Shown here: piece after piece, positions 27,812-37,185 of the stretch
Position numbering within the stretch: position 1 is the first letter of the stretch
Layout of the letters: the number at the start of each line of letters is the position of its first letter
DNA from: a virus
Taxonomy: Duplodnaviria; Caudoviricetes
DNA: 64,000 bases
Virus record (IMG/VR): IMGVR_UViG_2671180037_000003
Location: 2,401-66,400 of that record
Reading direction: 5' to 3' (one strand)
Notes under the pieces: model-generated
The model's database searches: none
What the model was told of the DNA's origin: nothing
Seen by the model: the letters and a program-made list of their open reading frames with translations, nothing else
Position numbers and translations under genes: made by a program

Positions 27812-29294
27812 TGGCGCCTCCGTTTTTCCCATAGAACTGGTGGTAGGCGTCGGAGCTGAACACCAGCCCCTTCTCCCTGTTGGTTGCTATCTCAGCGGCG
27901 CGTGCGCGCTTGAGTTCCTGCGGGTTGCGGCCACGTGCGCGCGCAACCTCGGCCTCGTCGGCAAAGCCGGCTTCGACCAGGCTTTCCCACGCGGTGGCTT
28001 CGTGAACCGGGTTGATCCACGGCATCACCGGCCCTTGGTAAATGGCGCCGTAGAGGGTCTTTGGATCGACATCCGCCGGCAGCGGCCGCCCGCGGGTGAG
28101 CAGGTACATGGCCAGCCACTCGCGGTAGACGGGGCGCGCCCAGTAGTCGATGAATTCGTGTTGCACCAGGTCGTAGCCAAGCTGCGCTTCCACCAGCTCC
28201 TGGCGCTGCGCCGAGTAGGTGCCGTCGTAGCTGCGGGACACGGTGGAATAGGCGCTGCGGCTGCCGGCGGCCACGGCCTTGAGCTGGCCGTTGCGGTAAC
28301 TCTCGAGGAACGGGTTGGGCCGGTTGCTGGAGATGGTGCCCACCTCCTCGCCCGGCAACAGGGTGTCGATGACCATGCCCGGCGCGATCGGGAAGGTCCG
28401 GTCGCCGCGCTGCTCGCCGTTGGCGGGCCTGTCGTACATGTCGGGAGTGCCCTTCTTGATGAACATCGCCAGGGCGGCGGAGATACGGGCGGCGACGCGC
28501 TCGCTCTCCTCGTAGTCCTTGATGTCCGCCAGGCGGATGAGCACCGCGTGCAGCAGTGGCAGGCCACGGTTCTGGCCGATGCGCTTGCGATACGCGATGT
28601 GGATGATCCGCTCGGCGTCGACTCGTTTGGTCTGAAAACGCACGCCGAAGCCCTGCATGCTGCCCGGGTGTTGCTTGAGCAGGTAGTAGGCCCGGCGGCG
28701 GCGCCAGGCGTCGCGCTCGATGCCCTGCAGGATGCCGGCGCCTTCGTCGTTGAAGTCCCAGGGCAGGTAGTCGGCCTCAAGCAGTTCGAGCGCGAACGGC
28801 ACCTCGGTCAGGTAGGTGTAGTTCGCCACGTTGCCGCGGAGCTTCTGCGCCAGGGCCTCGCCATCACGCAGCCAGGATCGGCATACAAGCCGCTCCATCT
28901 GCGGGCGGGTCAGCTCTCCGGACGTTTCCGGACGCAGGGACCACTCCGCCCAGGCCGCCTTGATCTCCGCAGCCAGATCCAGATGCAACTCGCCGGCGTA
29001 GGTGAGCGGGATCGGCTCGACGCCGATACCGGCGCCACCGACCACACGCTCTTCGAGCCGATCGAACAGACCGGTGACGATGTCGTGGTCTTCGTCCAGC
29101 TTGCGGCACTGGTCACGCAGGGACTTGGCCGAGACCTGCAGGGACAGGTCCGCGCTGCGCGGCTGCCCCTTTGCCTTGTGCGTGCGGCTGGGCTGGGCTG
29201 CTTCGTAGGCCTGGATCGCCAGCCGCGCCGCCAGGCGCTGCGCAACCATGCTGGGCGCGAACGGAGCCAGCAGGCGGTCGATGAAATTCATCAT
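27723..29294 (-). CDS. portal protein, lambda family
   Basis: WLRDGE, GQNRGLP, TYSAQRQELVE, MPWINP. Confidence 0.92.
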   Translation of the reverse strand: MMNFIDRLLAPFAPSMVAQRLAARLAIQAYEAAQPSRTHKAKGQPRSADLSLQVSAKSLRDQCRKLDEDHDIVTGLFDRLEERVVGGAGIGVEPIPLTYAGELHLDLAAEIKAAWAEWSLRPETSGELTRPQMERLVCRSWLRDGEALAQKLRGNVANYTYLTEVPFALELLEADYLPWDFNDEGAGILQGIERDAWRRRRAYYLLKQHPGSMQGFGVRFQTKRVDAERIIHIAYRKRIGQNRGLPLLHAVLIRLADIKDYEESERVAARISAALAMFIKKGTPDMYDRPANGEQRGDRTFPIAPGMVIDTLLPGEEVGTISSNRPNPFLESYRNGQLKAVAAGSRSAYSTVSRSYDGTYSAQRQELVEAQLGYDLVQHEFIDYWARPVYREWLAMYLLTRGRPLPADVDPKTLYGAIYQGPVMPWINPVHEATAWESLVEAGFADEAEVARARGRNPQELKRARAAEIATNREKGLVFSSDAYHQFYGKNGGANGQPNEAGNPGRGGQPDGADGETDVSADR

Positions 29295-29512
29295 TCGAAG
29301 GTCGCCAGCGAGTAGCCGTTGCTTCGTCCGGCGGCGTTATTGCGCTCGGTTGCTACGCGGCGCTCCCATTCCAGCCGCCCTTCGCGGATCTGGTTCAGGT
29401 CGGCCATGGTAAGGTTGCGTCCGGCGAAGGTGATGCTGCGCCCTTCGAGCACCGCGAGCTCTGCCTCGAGGTACTTGTCGAGCATCCGTTGTGCCGTGGT
29501 CACGGTAGCCAT
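29291..29512 (-). CDS. head completion protein (gpW-like)
   Basis: YLEAELAVLEGRS...LTMADL..IREGR; lies between TerL and portal. Confidence 0.8.
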   Translation of the reverse strand: MATVTTAQRMLDKYLEAELAVLEGRSITFAGRNLTMADLNQIREGRLEWERRVATERNNAAGRSNGYSLATFE

Positions 29513-31479
29513 GGGTCGTTTCCGAGCTTGAGCCAGCCGCCCGAGGCAGCGTTGGCGGGTTGTTTGGTCTGTTCGCGCTTCACCACTTCGCCGTCCACCG
29601 GTGTGGCCATCGCAGCAGCGAGTGCATCAAGGTCCAGGCCGAAGCGCTGCTGGCTGATGCGTAGCGCCGCCAAGGCGTACACGAAGCAGTCGAGCGCCTC
29701 GTTGCGGCGGCCGCCGGCGTCCCACCGCGAGACGCGCTGGCCCTTCTCGATCTTCAGGACTTTGCGTTCTGCAGTGAGCTGCTTGAGTTCGGTTTCGTCG
29801 CAGATGTCGTCGTTGGCCGGCAGATGCACGACGCCTGGTTGCGACTCGCCCTGCTTGGCCAGGTCGGGCTGAAGCCTGAGCCTGCTGTAAATCAGCTCCT
29901 TCGCGTTGTCGGTGCCGACTTCGGTCAGGTAGACCCGCGAACCCTTCGTCCGGGCGCGGGGAAAGTTGGCGATGGGCTTGCCGTAGATAGGGGCGCCCCG
30001 GATCGGGATTACCCACTGGATGCCGTGTTTGCGGCTCTCGGCGTAGACCTCGTCGGTGTAGTGGCCGGCGGAGTCCCAACACCAGCGGTCAACCTTCATC
30101 ACGACGCCGTCGGCGCGGGTGAACTGCCGCTGCAGCTCCACGCCGACTTTGCGGCGGAGCTCTTCGCTGGCGGGGTCTCCCATCAGGATGAAGCGGTAAA
30201 CGAGCCAAGCTTCCTCGCCGGCGCCGAACGCCCAGACCCGACCCTCATAGCGGTCATCCTGCGTATCGATCCCGCCCTGGAGCGTGACCGCGCGCGCCGG
30301 GATGCCCGCCCAGACTTCGCGACGGCCGTGCAGTTGCTCCCAGTCGAGCTTCTCGCCCTGATCGTCTTCCCAGGTTTCGCCGAGGGTGGTGTTGACGAAG
30401 GTGATCAGCTTTTGCCGATCGTCCTTCACCTTGAGCCACTCGCCGACCAGCTTGAGCCACGTGCTCCAGGTGCTGTAGATGGCCCAGGCGAAGAAGCTCA
30501 CCGAGCGCGGCGTGTTGACGGGTTCGCCGGCCTGGTCGAACCAGTCCATTGCATCCCGTGTCCAGATGCCGGTGTTCTCGCAGACCCAGCGGCCTGTCTT
30601 CGATGCCTCGACCATGTCGGGGTGGAAGAAGATCGCGGCACAGTGCTCGCAGACGTACCAGACCTTGGTCGCCTCGCCGAGGGCGTTCTTCTCCCACTTC
30701 ACCCCGAACTCGCAGTCCTTACCGCCCCACTTCAGCGTCTGCTCCTGGTGGCAGTGCGGGCAGGCGACGTGGAAGCGCAGCCGGTGGGGCGACTCGTCCG
30801 CCGCCTTCGTGACCTGGCAGGTGCCGGCCAGCTTCGGCGTGGAGCCACGAATGGACTTGGGGTACACCGCGCCGTCGAGGCGCTTGTCGCCCAGGGTGAC
30901 AGGGTCGCCCTCTCCTTCGATATTGGCGTCGAAGTTCGACAGCTCGTCGTAGATCACCTCGTCGGCGGACTTCTCGCGGTAGTTGCGCGATGCCTTGCCG
31001 CCGCGAATCCAGAGCGTCCGCCGGTTGGCGAAGATCTTCTGACCGAGGGTGTTATCGCTGTGCTTCCGGTCGATCCAAGGAGCGAGTTCGCGGATGACCG
31101 GCACGTCGCGGATCAGGCCGTTGACGTGGCTTTTGCTGATGTCCTCGGCGTCCGGGTCGGTCGGACTCCACATCATCACGTTGCGGCGCTTGTGCTGGAT
31201 CTTGTAGCCGACGTTGGCCAGCAGCAGCTTGGTGTAACCGATCCGGGCCGACTTCACGAAGTTGACCACAGCGATCAGGTCGTTCCCCATGGCGTTGAGG
31301 ATCGCCACCTGGAACGGATCGGTCGTCCATTTCCCCTCGTTGTACGAGGACTCGGCCGACATGTAGAAGTGCTTGTCCGCCCACTCGACGGCGGTGAGCG
31401 GGGGTTCCTTGTAAAGCGCCTGGAGTCCGAGCTTGATCCCCTTCTGAAGATCAGTCAGCCAAGGACTCAAGGTACTCAT
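29500..31479 (-). CDS. terminase large subunit (lambda gpA family)
   Basis: KSARIGYTK Walker A, YDE, GSTPK, GIDTQDDR, RNEALDC. Confidence 0.95.
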   Translation of the reverse strand: MSTLSPWLTDLQKGIKLGLQALYKEPPLTAVEWADKHFYMSAESSYNEGKWTTDPFQVAILNAMGNDLIAVVNFVKSARIGYTKLLLANVGYKIQHKRRNVMMWSPTDPDAEDISKSHVNGLIRDVPVIRELAPWIDRKHSDNTLGQKIFANRRTLWIRGGKASRNYREKSADEVIYDELSNFDANIEGEGDPVTLGDKRLDGAVYPKSIRGSTPKLAGTCQVTKAADESPHRLRFHVACPHCHQEQTLKWGGKDCEFGVKWEKNALGEATKVWYVCEHCAAIFFHPDMVEASKTGRWVCENTGIWTRDAMDWFDQAGEPVNTPRSVSFFAWAIYSTWSTWLKLVGEWLKVKDDRQKLITFVNTTLGETWEDDQGEKLDWEQLHGRREVWAGIPARAVTLQGGIDTQDDRYEGRVWAFGAGEEAWLVYRFILMGDPASEELRRKVGVELQRQFTRADGVVMKVDRWCWDSAGHYTDEVYAESRKHGIQWVIPIRGAPIYGKPIANFPRARTKGSRVYLTEVGTDNAKELIYSRLRLQPDLAKQGESQPGVVHLPANDDICDETELKQLTAERKVLKIEKGQRVSRWDAGGRRNEALDCFVYALAALRISQQRFGLDLDALAAAMATPVDGEVVKREQTKQPANAASGGWLKLGNDPWLP

Positions 31480-31996
31480 CGAGGAATTCCGGAAGGTGTT
31501 CGCCAAACTCCGCGGCGACGTTGCGCGCCAGGGCGATCTCCCGCTCTATCGACTCCAGCACCCGGGCATCAATGTCCGGGTGGCGGCGACTCACGGTCTT
31601 GCCGACGGTTTCGAGTTTCGAGCCGATCTGCGCAGAAATCTTGGCGAGCGCGAAGGTCGCGAACGGCACCGGTACCAGAATGCGGTCGCTGACCTGGTTC
31701 TTTTGCTCTTGGGCATAGGCCTGGGCCGTGGTGAGGCGGAGCCGCTCCTGAACGAGCTTAAGCTCAGCGAACGGATCGAGACCTTCAGGGAGACCACCCT
31801 CAGGTTGCTGTTTCCGCATGGCGTGGTCGACGCGATTTCCGACCACATCCTGCACGGTGTAGAAGGCCTCGCGACCAATACGCGCAACTGGCTCCACGCC
31901 CCATTTTTCAAAGGCTTGCGGAGAAATCCCCAGGCTCGAAGCCATCTCGGATTTGTTCAACCATCCGCGCTGCTTGGTTGTTTCGTTTTTGGCCAT
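31451..31996 (-). CDS. terminase small subunit (Nu1-like)
   Basis: LNKSEMA..LGIS winged HTH, ERLRLTTAQA..QEQKN. Confidence 0.88.
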   Translation of the reverse strand: MAKNETTKQRGWLNKSEMASSLGISPQAFEKWGVEPVARIGREAFYTVQDVVGNRVDHAMRKQQPEGGLPEGLDPFAELKLVQERLRLTTAQAYAQEQKNQVSDRILVPVPFATFALAKISAQIGSKLETVGKTVSRRHPDIDARVLESIEREIALARNVAAEFGEHLPEFLDEYLESLAD

Positions 31997-32048
31997 GACT
32001 AAACAACAACCAACCTCTGAATTTGGGTCATACATCGCTGGCGCGCGG

Positions 32049-32090
32049 GGCTCGAATTACCCGCAGACGGGGTGGCCCCCGGGAGGACCC
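32049..32090 (-). other. candidate cos site (cosQ + cosN)
   Basis: GGGTCCT (identical to lambda cosQ) at 32090-32084, then 23 nt, then GTAATTCGAGCC flanked by symmetric GCGG/CCGC, upstream of terS. Confidence 0.7.
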
Positions 32091-32111
32091 GTCGTCCATC
32101 GCGCCGCACCG

Positions 32112-32837
32112 TCATCGGCGCCGCGTCGTCAACGCTCGTCCCAGAGCGAGCCGGAACTGCACGTCCAACTGCTCCTCTGCCACTCGATCTCCAACACCGA
32201 AGAAGTCGAAGTCCTTGCGGTAGCCAGGCCGGCCAGCGAAGGCGAGCAACAGCTTCACCTTGTCTCGCCCTCGCCCTGTACGCTCGGCAATCCCGATCGG
32301 CCCGGCGCTGTTGCGCAGCACGAAGTAGCGCCGGCGGTTGCCGATGCTGCGCTTGCTGTCCGTGCTGTTGGCATACCGATCGAATTGAGCGCCAAGGCCC
32401 GAGATGATCTTCTGCAGCTGACCGCGCCCGATGTTGCCGAACTGATCGAGCTTCGCGTCCCTGCCTGGAACGATGTACTTCCCATCAGGGAGGATGCCGC
32501 GAGCCCGCAGCAGCTTCTCGCTGCGCTTGTCCTGGCGCTGGCCACCGTAGACCTGTGGTGTCAGCCAGCGCGTCGCTGGTGCAGCCTTGTCGGACTCATC
32601 CTTCATCCACACCCTGGCAACAAGCTTCTCCTTGGTGGCAGGGAAGACGCGCAGGCTGTTGAGCGTGTAGGGCGTAGGCCGGTCGAAGACCGTGCGCATC
32701 TCGCTCTGCAACTCCGCCTCAACCATCTTCGCGGTCGTGGTCAGAGCCAGGGCAGTAGCGAACGGCAGCTGGCGCTCGACGATATCAGTCAGCGTGCCCA
32801 GCTGCTCGGCAAGCCCTTTGGCTTCGATCTTGAACAT
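32112..32837 (-). CDS. phage morphogenesis protein (gpZ-like, tentative)
   Basis: QLPFATALALT..AK, FDRPTPYT; basic protein. Confidence 0.7.
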   Translation of the reverse strand: MFKIEAKGLAEQLGTLTDIVERQLPFATALALTTTAKMVEAELQSEMRTVFDRPTPYTLNSLRVFPATKEKLVARVWMKDESDKAAPATRWLTPQVYGGQRQDKRSEKLLRARGILPDGKYIVPGRDAKLDQFGNIGRGQLQKIISGLGAQFDRYANSTDSKRSIGNRRRYFVLRNSAGPIGIAERTGRGRDKVKLLLAFAGRPGYRKDFDFFGVGDRVAEEQLDVQFRLALGRALTTRRR

Positions 32838-32877
32838 GTCACGGGCCCATGGGTGCTCGCGCTCACCCTGTCTGCGC

Positions 32878-33222
32878 TCACTGCCGCGGCATCCGGCGAC
32901 CGGTGTCGTACTCGGTATTGCGTCGCTCTTCGCCGTCCCACTTCGCGCTCCAGTCCAGGCGCACGACCAGGGCGACGTTGCCTCGAGCGCGGAACACCAG
33001 CACGGCCAGCACCACCAGAATGATCAGCAGGAACGGCGAAACCGGGCCCGAGGTGCCCAGACATACCGACAGCGCGAAGCAGCCAGTGCCCACAGCGAGC
33101 AGCCAGGCGCACAGGGCAGCGGTCGGCCGGTACGCGGAATCTTGCTCGCGCCGGTAACTGACGATCCGCCAGCAGATCGCGGCGCACAGGGCTGCAGCGA
33201 TGAGGGTCCAGATATCAGTCAT
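32878..33222 (-). CDS. phage holin family protein (3 TM)
   Basis: Three TM segments, RARGNVA motif. Confidence 0.75.
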   Translation of the reverse strand: MTDIWTLIAAALCAAICWRIVSYRREQDSAYRPTAALCAWLLAVGTGCFALSVCLGTSGPVSPFLLIILVVLAVLVFRARGNVALVVRLDWSAKWDGEERRNTEYDTGRRMPRQ

Positions 33223-33589
33223 TGGGGCCTCCACGACGATTCAGGATGAAGCGCAGCCAGCCCGGCGCGCGGCCTCCTTGCCCCCATTCCAGCAGGCTGA
33301 CGCAGATGACGGTGCACAGCAGGCCGCCCAGGAACGACGCCAGGCCGGACGTAGCAGTCCACTTCCGGCCCAGCATCTCTACCGCGACGTAGTAGCCGAA
33401 CACCCACGACGCAATCAGATAGCCGGCGCGAGCGATCGGCGAAATGTTCTGTTTGAACACGATGAAGAACAGGGCGCCGCCGAACGCACCCACCACCGCA
33501 TTCAGGTCAACGCCAGGGAACAGGCTTGCCGCAGTGACGCCGAGGGCGCCGGTGGTCATCACCACCACCCCAGTGCTTGGCTCAGCCAT
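33215..33589 (-). CDS. putative holin
   Basis: MAEP, PGVD..AVVGAFGGA; multiple TMs. Confidence 0.75.
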   Translation of the reverse strand: MAEPSTGVVVMTTGALGVTAASLFPGVDLNAVVGAFGGALFFIVFKQNISPIARAGYLIASWVFGYYVAVEMLGRKWTATSGLASFLGGLLCTVICVSLLEWGQGGRAPGWLRFILNRRGGPND

Positions 33590-33604
33590 CGAACTCTCCC
33601 AAAA

Positions 33605-33645
33605 TACCACAAAGGTGTTGTATTACTACATAAGTGTTGTATGCT
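33605..33645 (+). promoter_or_regulatory. hicAB promoter with tandem operator-like repeats
   Basis: TACCACAAAGGTGTTGTAT / TACTACATAAGTGTTGTAT overlapping TTGTAT-16-TATGCT. Confidence 0.55.
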
Positions 33646-33674
33646 GGTCCCATCCCAACATCAGAGATGAGGTG

Positions 33675-33854
33675 ATGAAGCACAGCGCATTCAGACGATG
33701 GTTGAAGGACCACGGGGTGACCTTCGAAGCCGGCAAGGGAAGCCACTTCAAGATCACCGCCCCGAACGGCAAGCAGACGACCTTCGCGGACCACGGATCA
33801 AAGGAAATGCCTGAACCGACCCGCAAGGCGATCATTAAGCAACTGGGGCTCTGA
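33675..33854 (+). CDS. hicA: HicA toxin
   Basis: F.RWL...GV.F..GKGSH.K...HGSKE...AIIKQLGL. Confidence 0.9.
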   Translation: MKHSAFRRWLKDHGVTFEAGKGSHFKITAPNGKQTTFADHGSKEMPEPTRKAIIKQLGL

Positions 33855-33922
33855 AGAGCCCCCTTCGCCTTTTCGCTGAGCTATTGCCTCACCGCACCAA
33901 TCCACCCACATAAGGGGGAGCT

Positions 33923-34354
33923 ATGTACGACTACGCAATCCGGTTCGAGAAAGACGACAGCGCGCCAGGCTTGGCCGTGTTCTGCCGTGACTTGCCCGAG
34001 CTGAACTCCTATGGCGATGACGAAGCGCACGCGCTTTCGGAAGCGCTGGATGCCATCGAGACGACCCTCTCGATCTACGTCGACCAGCGACGCGCGGTTC
34101 CGGCCGCGTCTCCGCCAGAGGCCGGCGAACACGCGATCCGGCTGCCGGCGCTCACCGTGGCGAAGATCGCGCTGTGGAACGAGATGGTGGCGCGCGGTAT
34201 GCGCAAGGCTGATCTGTGCCGCCTGCTCGGCGTGTCGCAAACCCAGGGCGATCGCCTGGTCGACTTCACGCACAGCTCGAAGATGGACGCCCTTGAAGAC
34301 GCATTGGCCAAGCTAGGCAAACGCCTGGTGCTGAGCGTAGAACCAGCCGCCTGA
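33923..34354 (+). CDS. hicB: HicB antitoxin
   Basis: V.CRDLPELNSYGDD..EAL.A plus C-terminal HTH. Confidence 0.9.
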   Translation: MYDYAIRFEKDDSAPGLAVFCRDLPELNSYGDDEAHALSEALDAIETTLSIYVDQRRAVPAASPPEAGEHAIRLPALTVAKIALWNEMVARGMRKADLCRLLGVSQTQGDRLVDFTHSSKMDALEDALAKLGKRLVLSVEPAA

Positions 34355-34356
34355 AA

Positions 34357-34387
34357 CAAAAAAGCCCGGCTCAATGGCCGGGCTCTG
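34357..34387 (-). terminator. terminator between the Q-like gene and hicB
   Basis: AGCCCGGC/GCCGGGCT hairpin with T-run on the minus strand. Confidence 0.7.
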
Positions 34388-34458
34388 GTGTCGTCTGCGT
34401 CCTAACCACGCGCAGAATCGACAGGATGGGATTAATTTCGCTCAGTCGCTCACTGGAG

Positions 34459-35022
34459 TCAAGCGGCGGCGTTGTCGATCAGCAGCCCCTCGGCAGCCAT
34501 CACCTCGTGCGCATGGTTCACCGCCTCGGTCACCCGCCCCTCCAGCCAGTTGCGAATGTCGCGCCGCCATCGGTTGCGCGTCTGCTCCGGGCGGCCCTCG
34601 CCCTCCCAGCGGTTCATGTCGTAGTAGCTGTCCGGTAACACCAGCATGTCCGTAGAGCGCTTGCCGTCCACGCCCTTGAGCTTCGGGATCGCCCAGGTGG
34701 TGACGGCGTACTGCACGAACAGCCGGCCCGCCGGGGACGGCACGAACGGGATCGCCGCTGCGATCGCCTGCACCTTGCGCCCTTTGTGCGTCGAGTACTT
34801 CGCCACCAGCACATTCCAGTGCAGCGGCCGCAGTTGGCTGTGCAACCGCGCGTGCAGCCAGCAATCGATGTCCCTCATCACCTCGGCCGGCAACCCCATG
34901 CCGGACGGTTCCACCTGGTAACCCGCCGAATACAGCTTCTGCCAAGCCTGCTTCGCCGTGCTATCGATCGCGTCGGCCGCCAGGCAGCGAACCAGCGCGC
35001 TTAGTGTGTCTCGGTAAACCAT
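34459..35022 (-). CDS. putative late antiterminator (Q-position protein)
   Basis: Last early-right gene before the lysis/packaging genes; function inferred from position. Confidence 0.6.
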   Translation of the reverse strand: MVYRDTLSALVRCLAADAIDSTAKQAWQKLYSAGYQVEPSGMGLPAEVMRDIDCWLHARLHSQLRPLHWNVLVAKYSTHKGRKVQAIAAAIPFVPSPAGRLFVQYAVTTWAIPKLKGVDGKRSTDMLVLPDSYYDMNRWEGEGRPEQTRNRWRRDIRNWLEGRVTEAVNHAHEVMAAEGLLIDNAAA

Positions 35023-35034
35023 GCCCTTCTCCCC

Positions 35035-35355
35035 TCAATCGCCCGTCCAGTTCCCGCCGCCGCGGTGATGCTTGTTGTCCCTGCCGCCGTAGTCCGCCGC
35101 TGGCCCGGCCGGCTGGGTTTGTTCGTACAGCCGGACGATCTGCATCGCCCGGTTGAGCCGCATGCGCAGCAGCAAGATCAGCTCCTGCGCCTCGATCTTC
35201 TCGCCGCTGGCCCGGTCAACCAGGCCGCCGCCGTCGCAGCCGGCGCACTCCATTTGGTGGAAGATTCCCTTCACCCAGCCGTTGCCTTGGCACGCGTCGC
35301 ACTCCCGCACCGCGCGCAGGGCAAGCCGGGCGTCCGGCCCGGGCTGACGCCTCAC
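35035..35355 (-). CDS. DnaJ-type zinc finger protein
   Basis: CDACQGNG...CAGCDGGG; GTG start overlaps the upstream stop. Confidence 0.7.
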   Translation of the reverse strand: MRRQPGPDARLALRAVRECDACQGNGWVKGIFHQMECAGCDGGGLVDRASGEKIEAQELILLLRMRLNRAMQIVRLYEQTQPAGPAADYGGRDNKHHRGGGNWTGD

Positions 35356-35792
35356 GCCTTCACCGCCTGCGTGGGCGAATGCGCCATGTAGCCGTCGATC
35401 ACCTGCATCGCCTCGTCCATGCCGCGGCACACGATCGCCATGTACCCCTGCTGCTCCACCGCCATGAGGAACGCCGTCTGCGAGTCGGAGACCGGCGCCG
35501 CGTGCGGAGGCGTCGCCTTGAACTCGATGTACAGGCCGAACCAACCGCCGCGCGCCATCGGCAGGCAGAAGTCGCTCACACCGGCCTTCACGCCCTGGGC
35601 CTTCAACTTCGCGGCGACGGCCTTCACGCGATGCCCGCCGTTCGGCACGTGGTATGCCAGCTTCCACGCCAGCGGGTGCCGCACCTGCAGCCAGCGGAAC
35701 AGCGCGGTTTGCTCCATCCCCTCGTAGTCGACCGAAGGCGCACGGCGCGGCGTGGATGGCCGCTTCCACTTCTTGAGCAGCGCCTCACCCAT
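35352..35792 (-). CDS. VRR-NUC nuclease
   Basis: YHVPNGG, GVKAGVSD, LYIEFK, SDSQ. Confidence 0.88.
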   Translation of the reverse strand: MGEALLKKWKRPSTPRRAPSVDYEGMEQTALFRWLQVRHPLAWKLAYHVPNGGHRVKAVAAKLKAQGVKAGVSDFCLPMARGGWFGLYIEFKATPPHAAPVSDSQTAFLMAVEQQGYMAIVCRGMDEAMQVIDGYMAHSPTQAVKA

Positions 35793-36156
35793 AGATGGCT
35801 CCTCCCCGAGGCCGCCGGCGCACTTTCGATTCGCACACCCTGCAGCGCTCCCAGGACCCGGCCTCGAACATCGGCCAGCGGCTGGTCGAAACAGCGGACA
35901 CGCCGCACAGCGAGACCCATTGCCGCTCCCTGCCCTGGGCGCCGATCCGGTCACTCGAAATGGGCCTGAACAGATGCGCTTTCACCCCCACGAAGCTCGC
36001 CTTTCCCCAGCCCTCGCGCTCCATTGGGTGCCCGCCGATCTGGATGCCCGAATCCGGCTCGAACACACCGATCTCTGCAAGGCTGGCAGCACGGATCAGG
36101 GCGGCGTAGGCATCCGGCTTTTCGCCTGGCTTCTGCTCGTTTTCCATGTTCTCCAT
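35785..36156 (-). CDS. hypothetical protein with Cys motifs
   Basis: KAHLF...SLCG...RCRVCE. Confidence 0.65.
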   Translation of the reverse strand: MENMENEQKPGEKPDAYAALIRAASLAEIGVFEPDSGIQIGGHPMEREGWGKASFVGVKAHLFRPISSDRIGAQGRERQWVSLCGVSAVSTSRWPMFEAGSWERCRVCESKVRRRPRGGAIYG

Positions 36157-36201
36157 CTACCTCTATTGGAAATGGGATTTATCGCCGAAAGCCGCGCAGC
36201 A

Positions 36202-37185
36202 CTAAGCCGCAACGTCATTCGTGGAAGATGTGGTTTCGGGTGTTTTCAGCCCGTGCGCCTCGGCGAATCCGCGCTCATCCAGCCACGCGTGCCAGCGCTC
36301 GAGCGCCTCGCGCCGCAGGTCGATCACCGTCGTCTTGATGTAGGTGCCGGCCAGCTTGCCCATGGAGTGGTTAAGCAGCAGCTCGCCCACCAGGTAGTCG
36401 ATGCCGATCTCCGCCCACACCGTGCGTGCCAGCTTGCGCAGGTCGTGGCTACGCCATTGCCGCTTGCTGATGGCACGGATCATCGCGCTGGCCTGCTCCT
36501 TCGAGGGCGCCTCGCCGCCCTGCAGCGCGAACACCCACGGGCTGCCCCGGCGAGCCGCGTGCTGCCGCTGGCGGTAGCGATCGAGCAGCGCGCACACCTG
36601 GGCAGTCAGCGGCACCGTTAGCTCGACACCGGTCTTCGTGTTCTCGGCCGGGATGATCCACACCCGCTCCGCCAGGCTGATGTGCTGCCAGCGCGCCATG
36701 GCGGTCTCGGATATCCGCGTGCCATGGGCCAGCATCATCAGCGCCAGCAGGCCGCCCACCGCGTCTTCGTCGAAGGCCTTGCACAGCGCTGGCACCAGCG
36801 CAGGCACGTCGACCGGCAGCAACCCGGCAGCGCGCGGCGGAAGCTGCCCGGTCCAGAAGTCCCGCCAGTTCACCGCCGCCAGCGGGTTCTCGTCGATTCG
36901 CCCCTGCCGCTCCGCGAGCGCCAGCGCCTGCTGCAAGCCCTGCACCGCTTTGTGCACCGTATGCGGCGAGTGCGTCTGCTGCATCGGCCAAACCAGGCGG
37001 TCGTCGATCACGGCGCGGTTCAGCTTCTTCACCACCACCGATCCCAACGCAGGAATCACGTGCCGGCGGATCAGGCTGCGCATCGTGCGGCGGTAACTGG
37101 CAGAGACGGATCGGTTGAGTTCGAGGCGGTCGCTCCACCAAGTCAGCACCTGGCCGGTCGTCCGCAGGGCCGCGGGCTTGCTCAT
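36202..37185 (-). CDS. second tyrosine recombinase
   Basis: HGTRISE (R), ENTKTG (K), HDLRK, LLNH, TY catalytic residues. Confidence 0.88.
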   Translation of the reverse strand: MSKPAALRTTGQVLTWWSDRLELNRSVSASYRRTMRSLIRRHVIPALGSVVVKKLNRAVIDDRLVWPMQQTHSPHTVHKAVQGLQQALALAERQGRIDENPLAAVNWRDFWTGQLPPRAAGLLPVDVPALVPALCKAFDEDAVGGLLALMMLAHGTRISETAMARWQHISLAERVWIIPAENTKTGVELTVPLTAQVCALLDRYRQRQHAARRGSPWVFALQGGEAPSKEQASAMIRAISKRQWRSHDLRKLARTVWAEIGIDYLVGELLLNHSMGKLAGTYIKTTVIDLRREALERWHAWLDERGFAEAHGLKTPETTSSTNDVAA

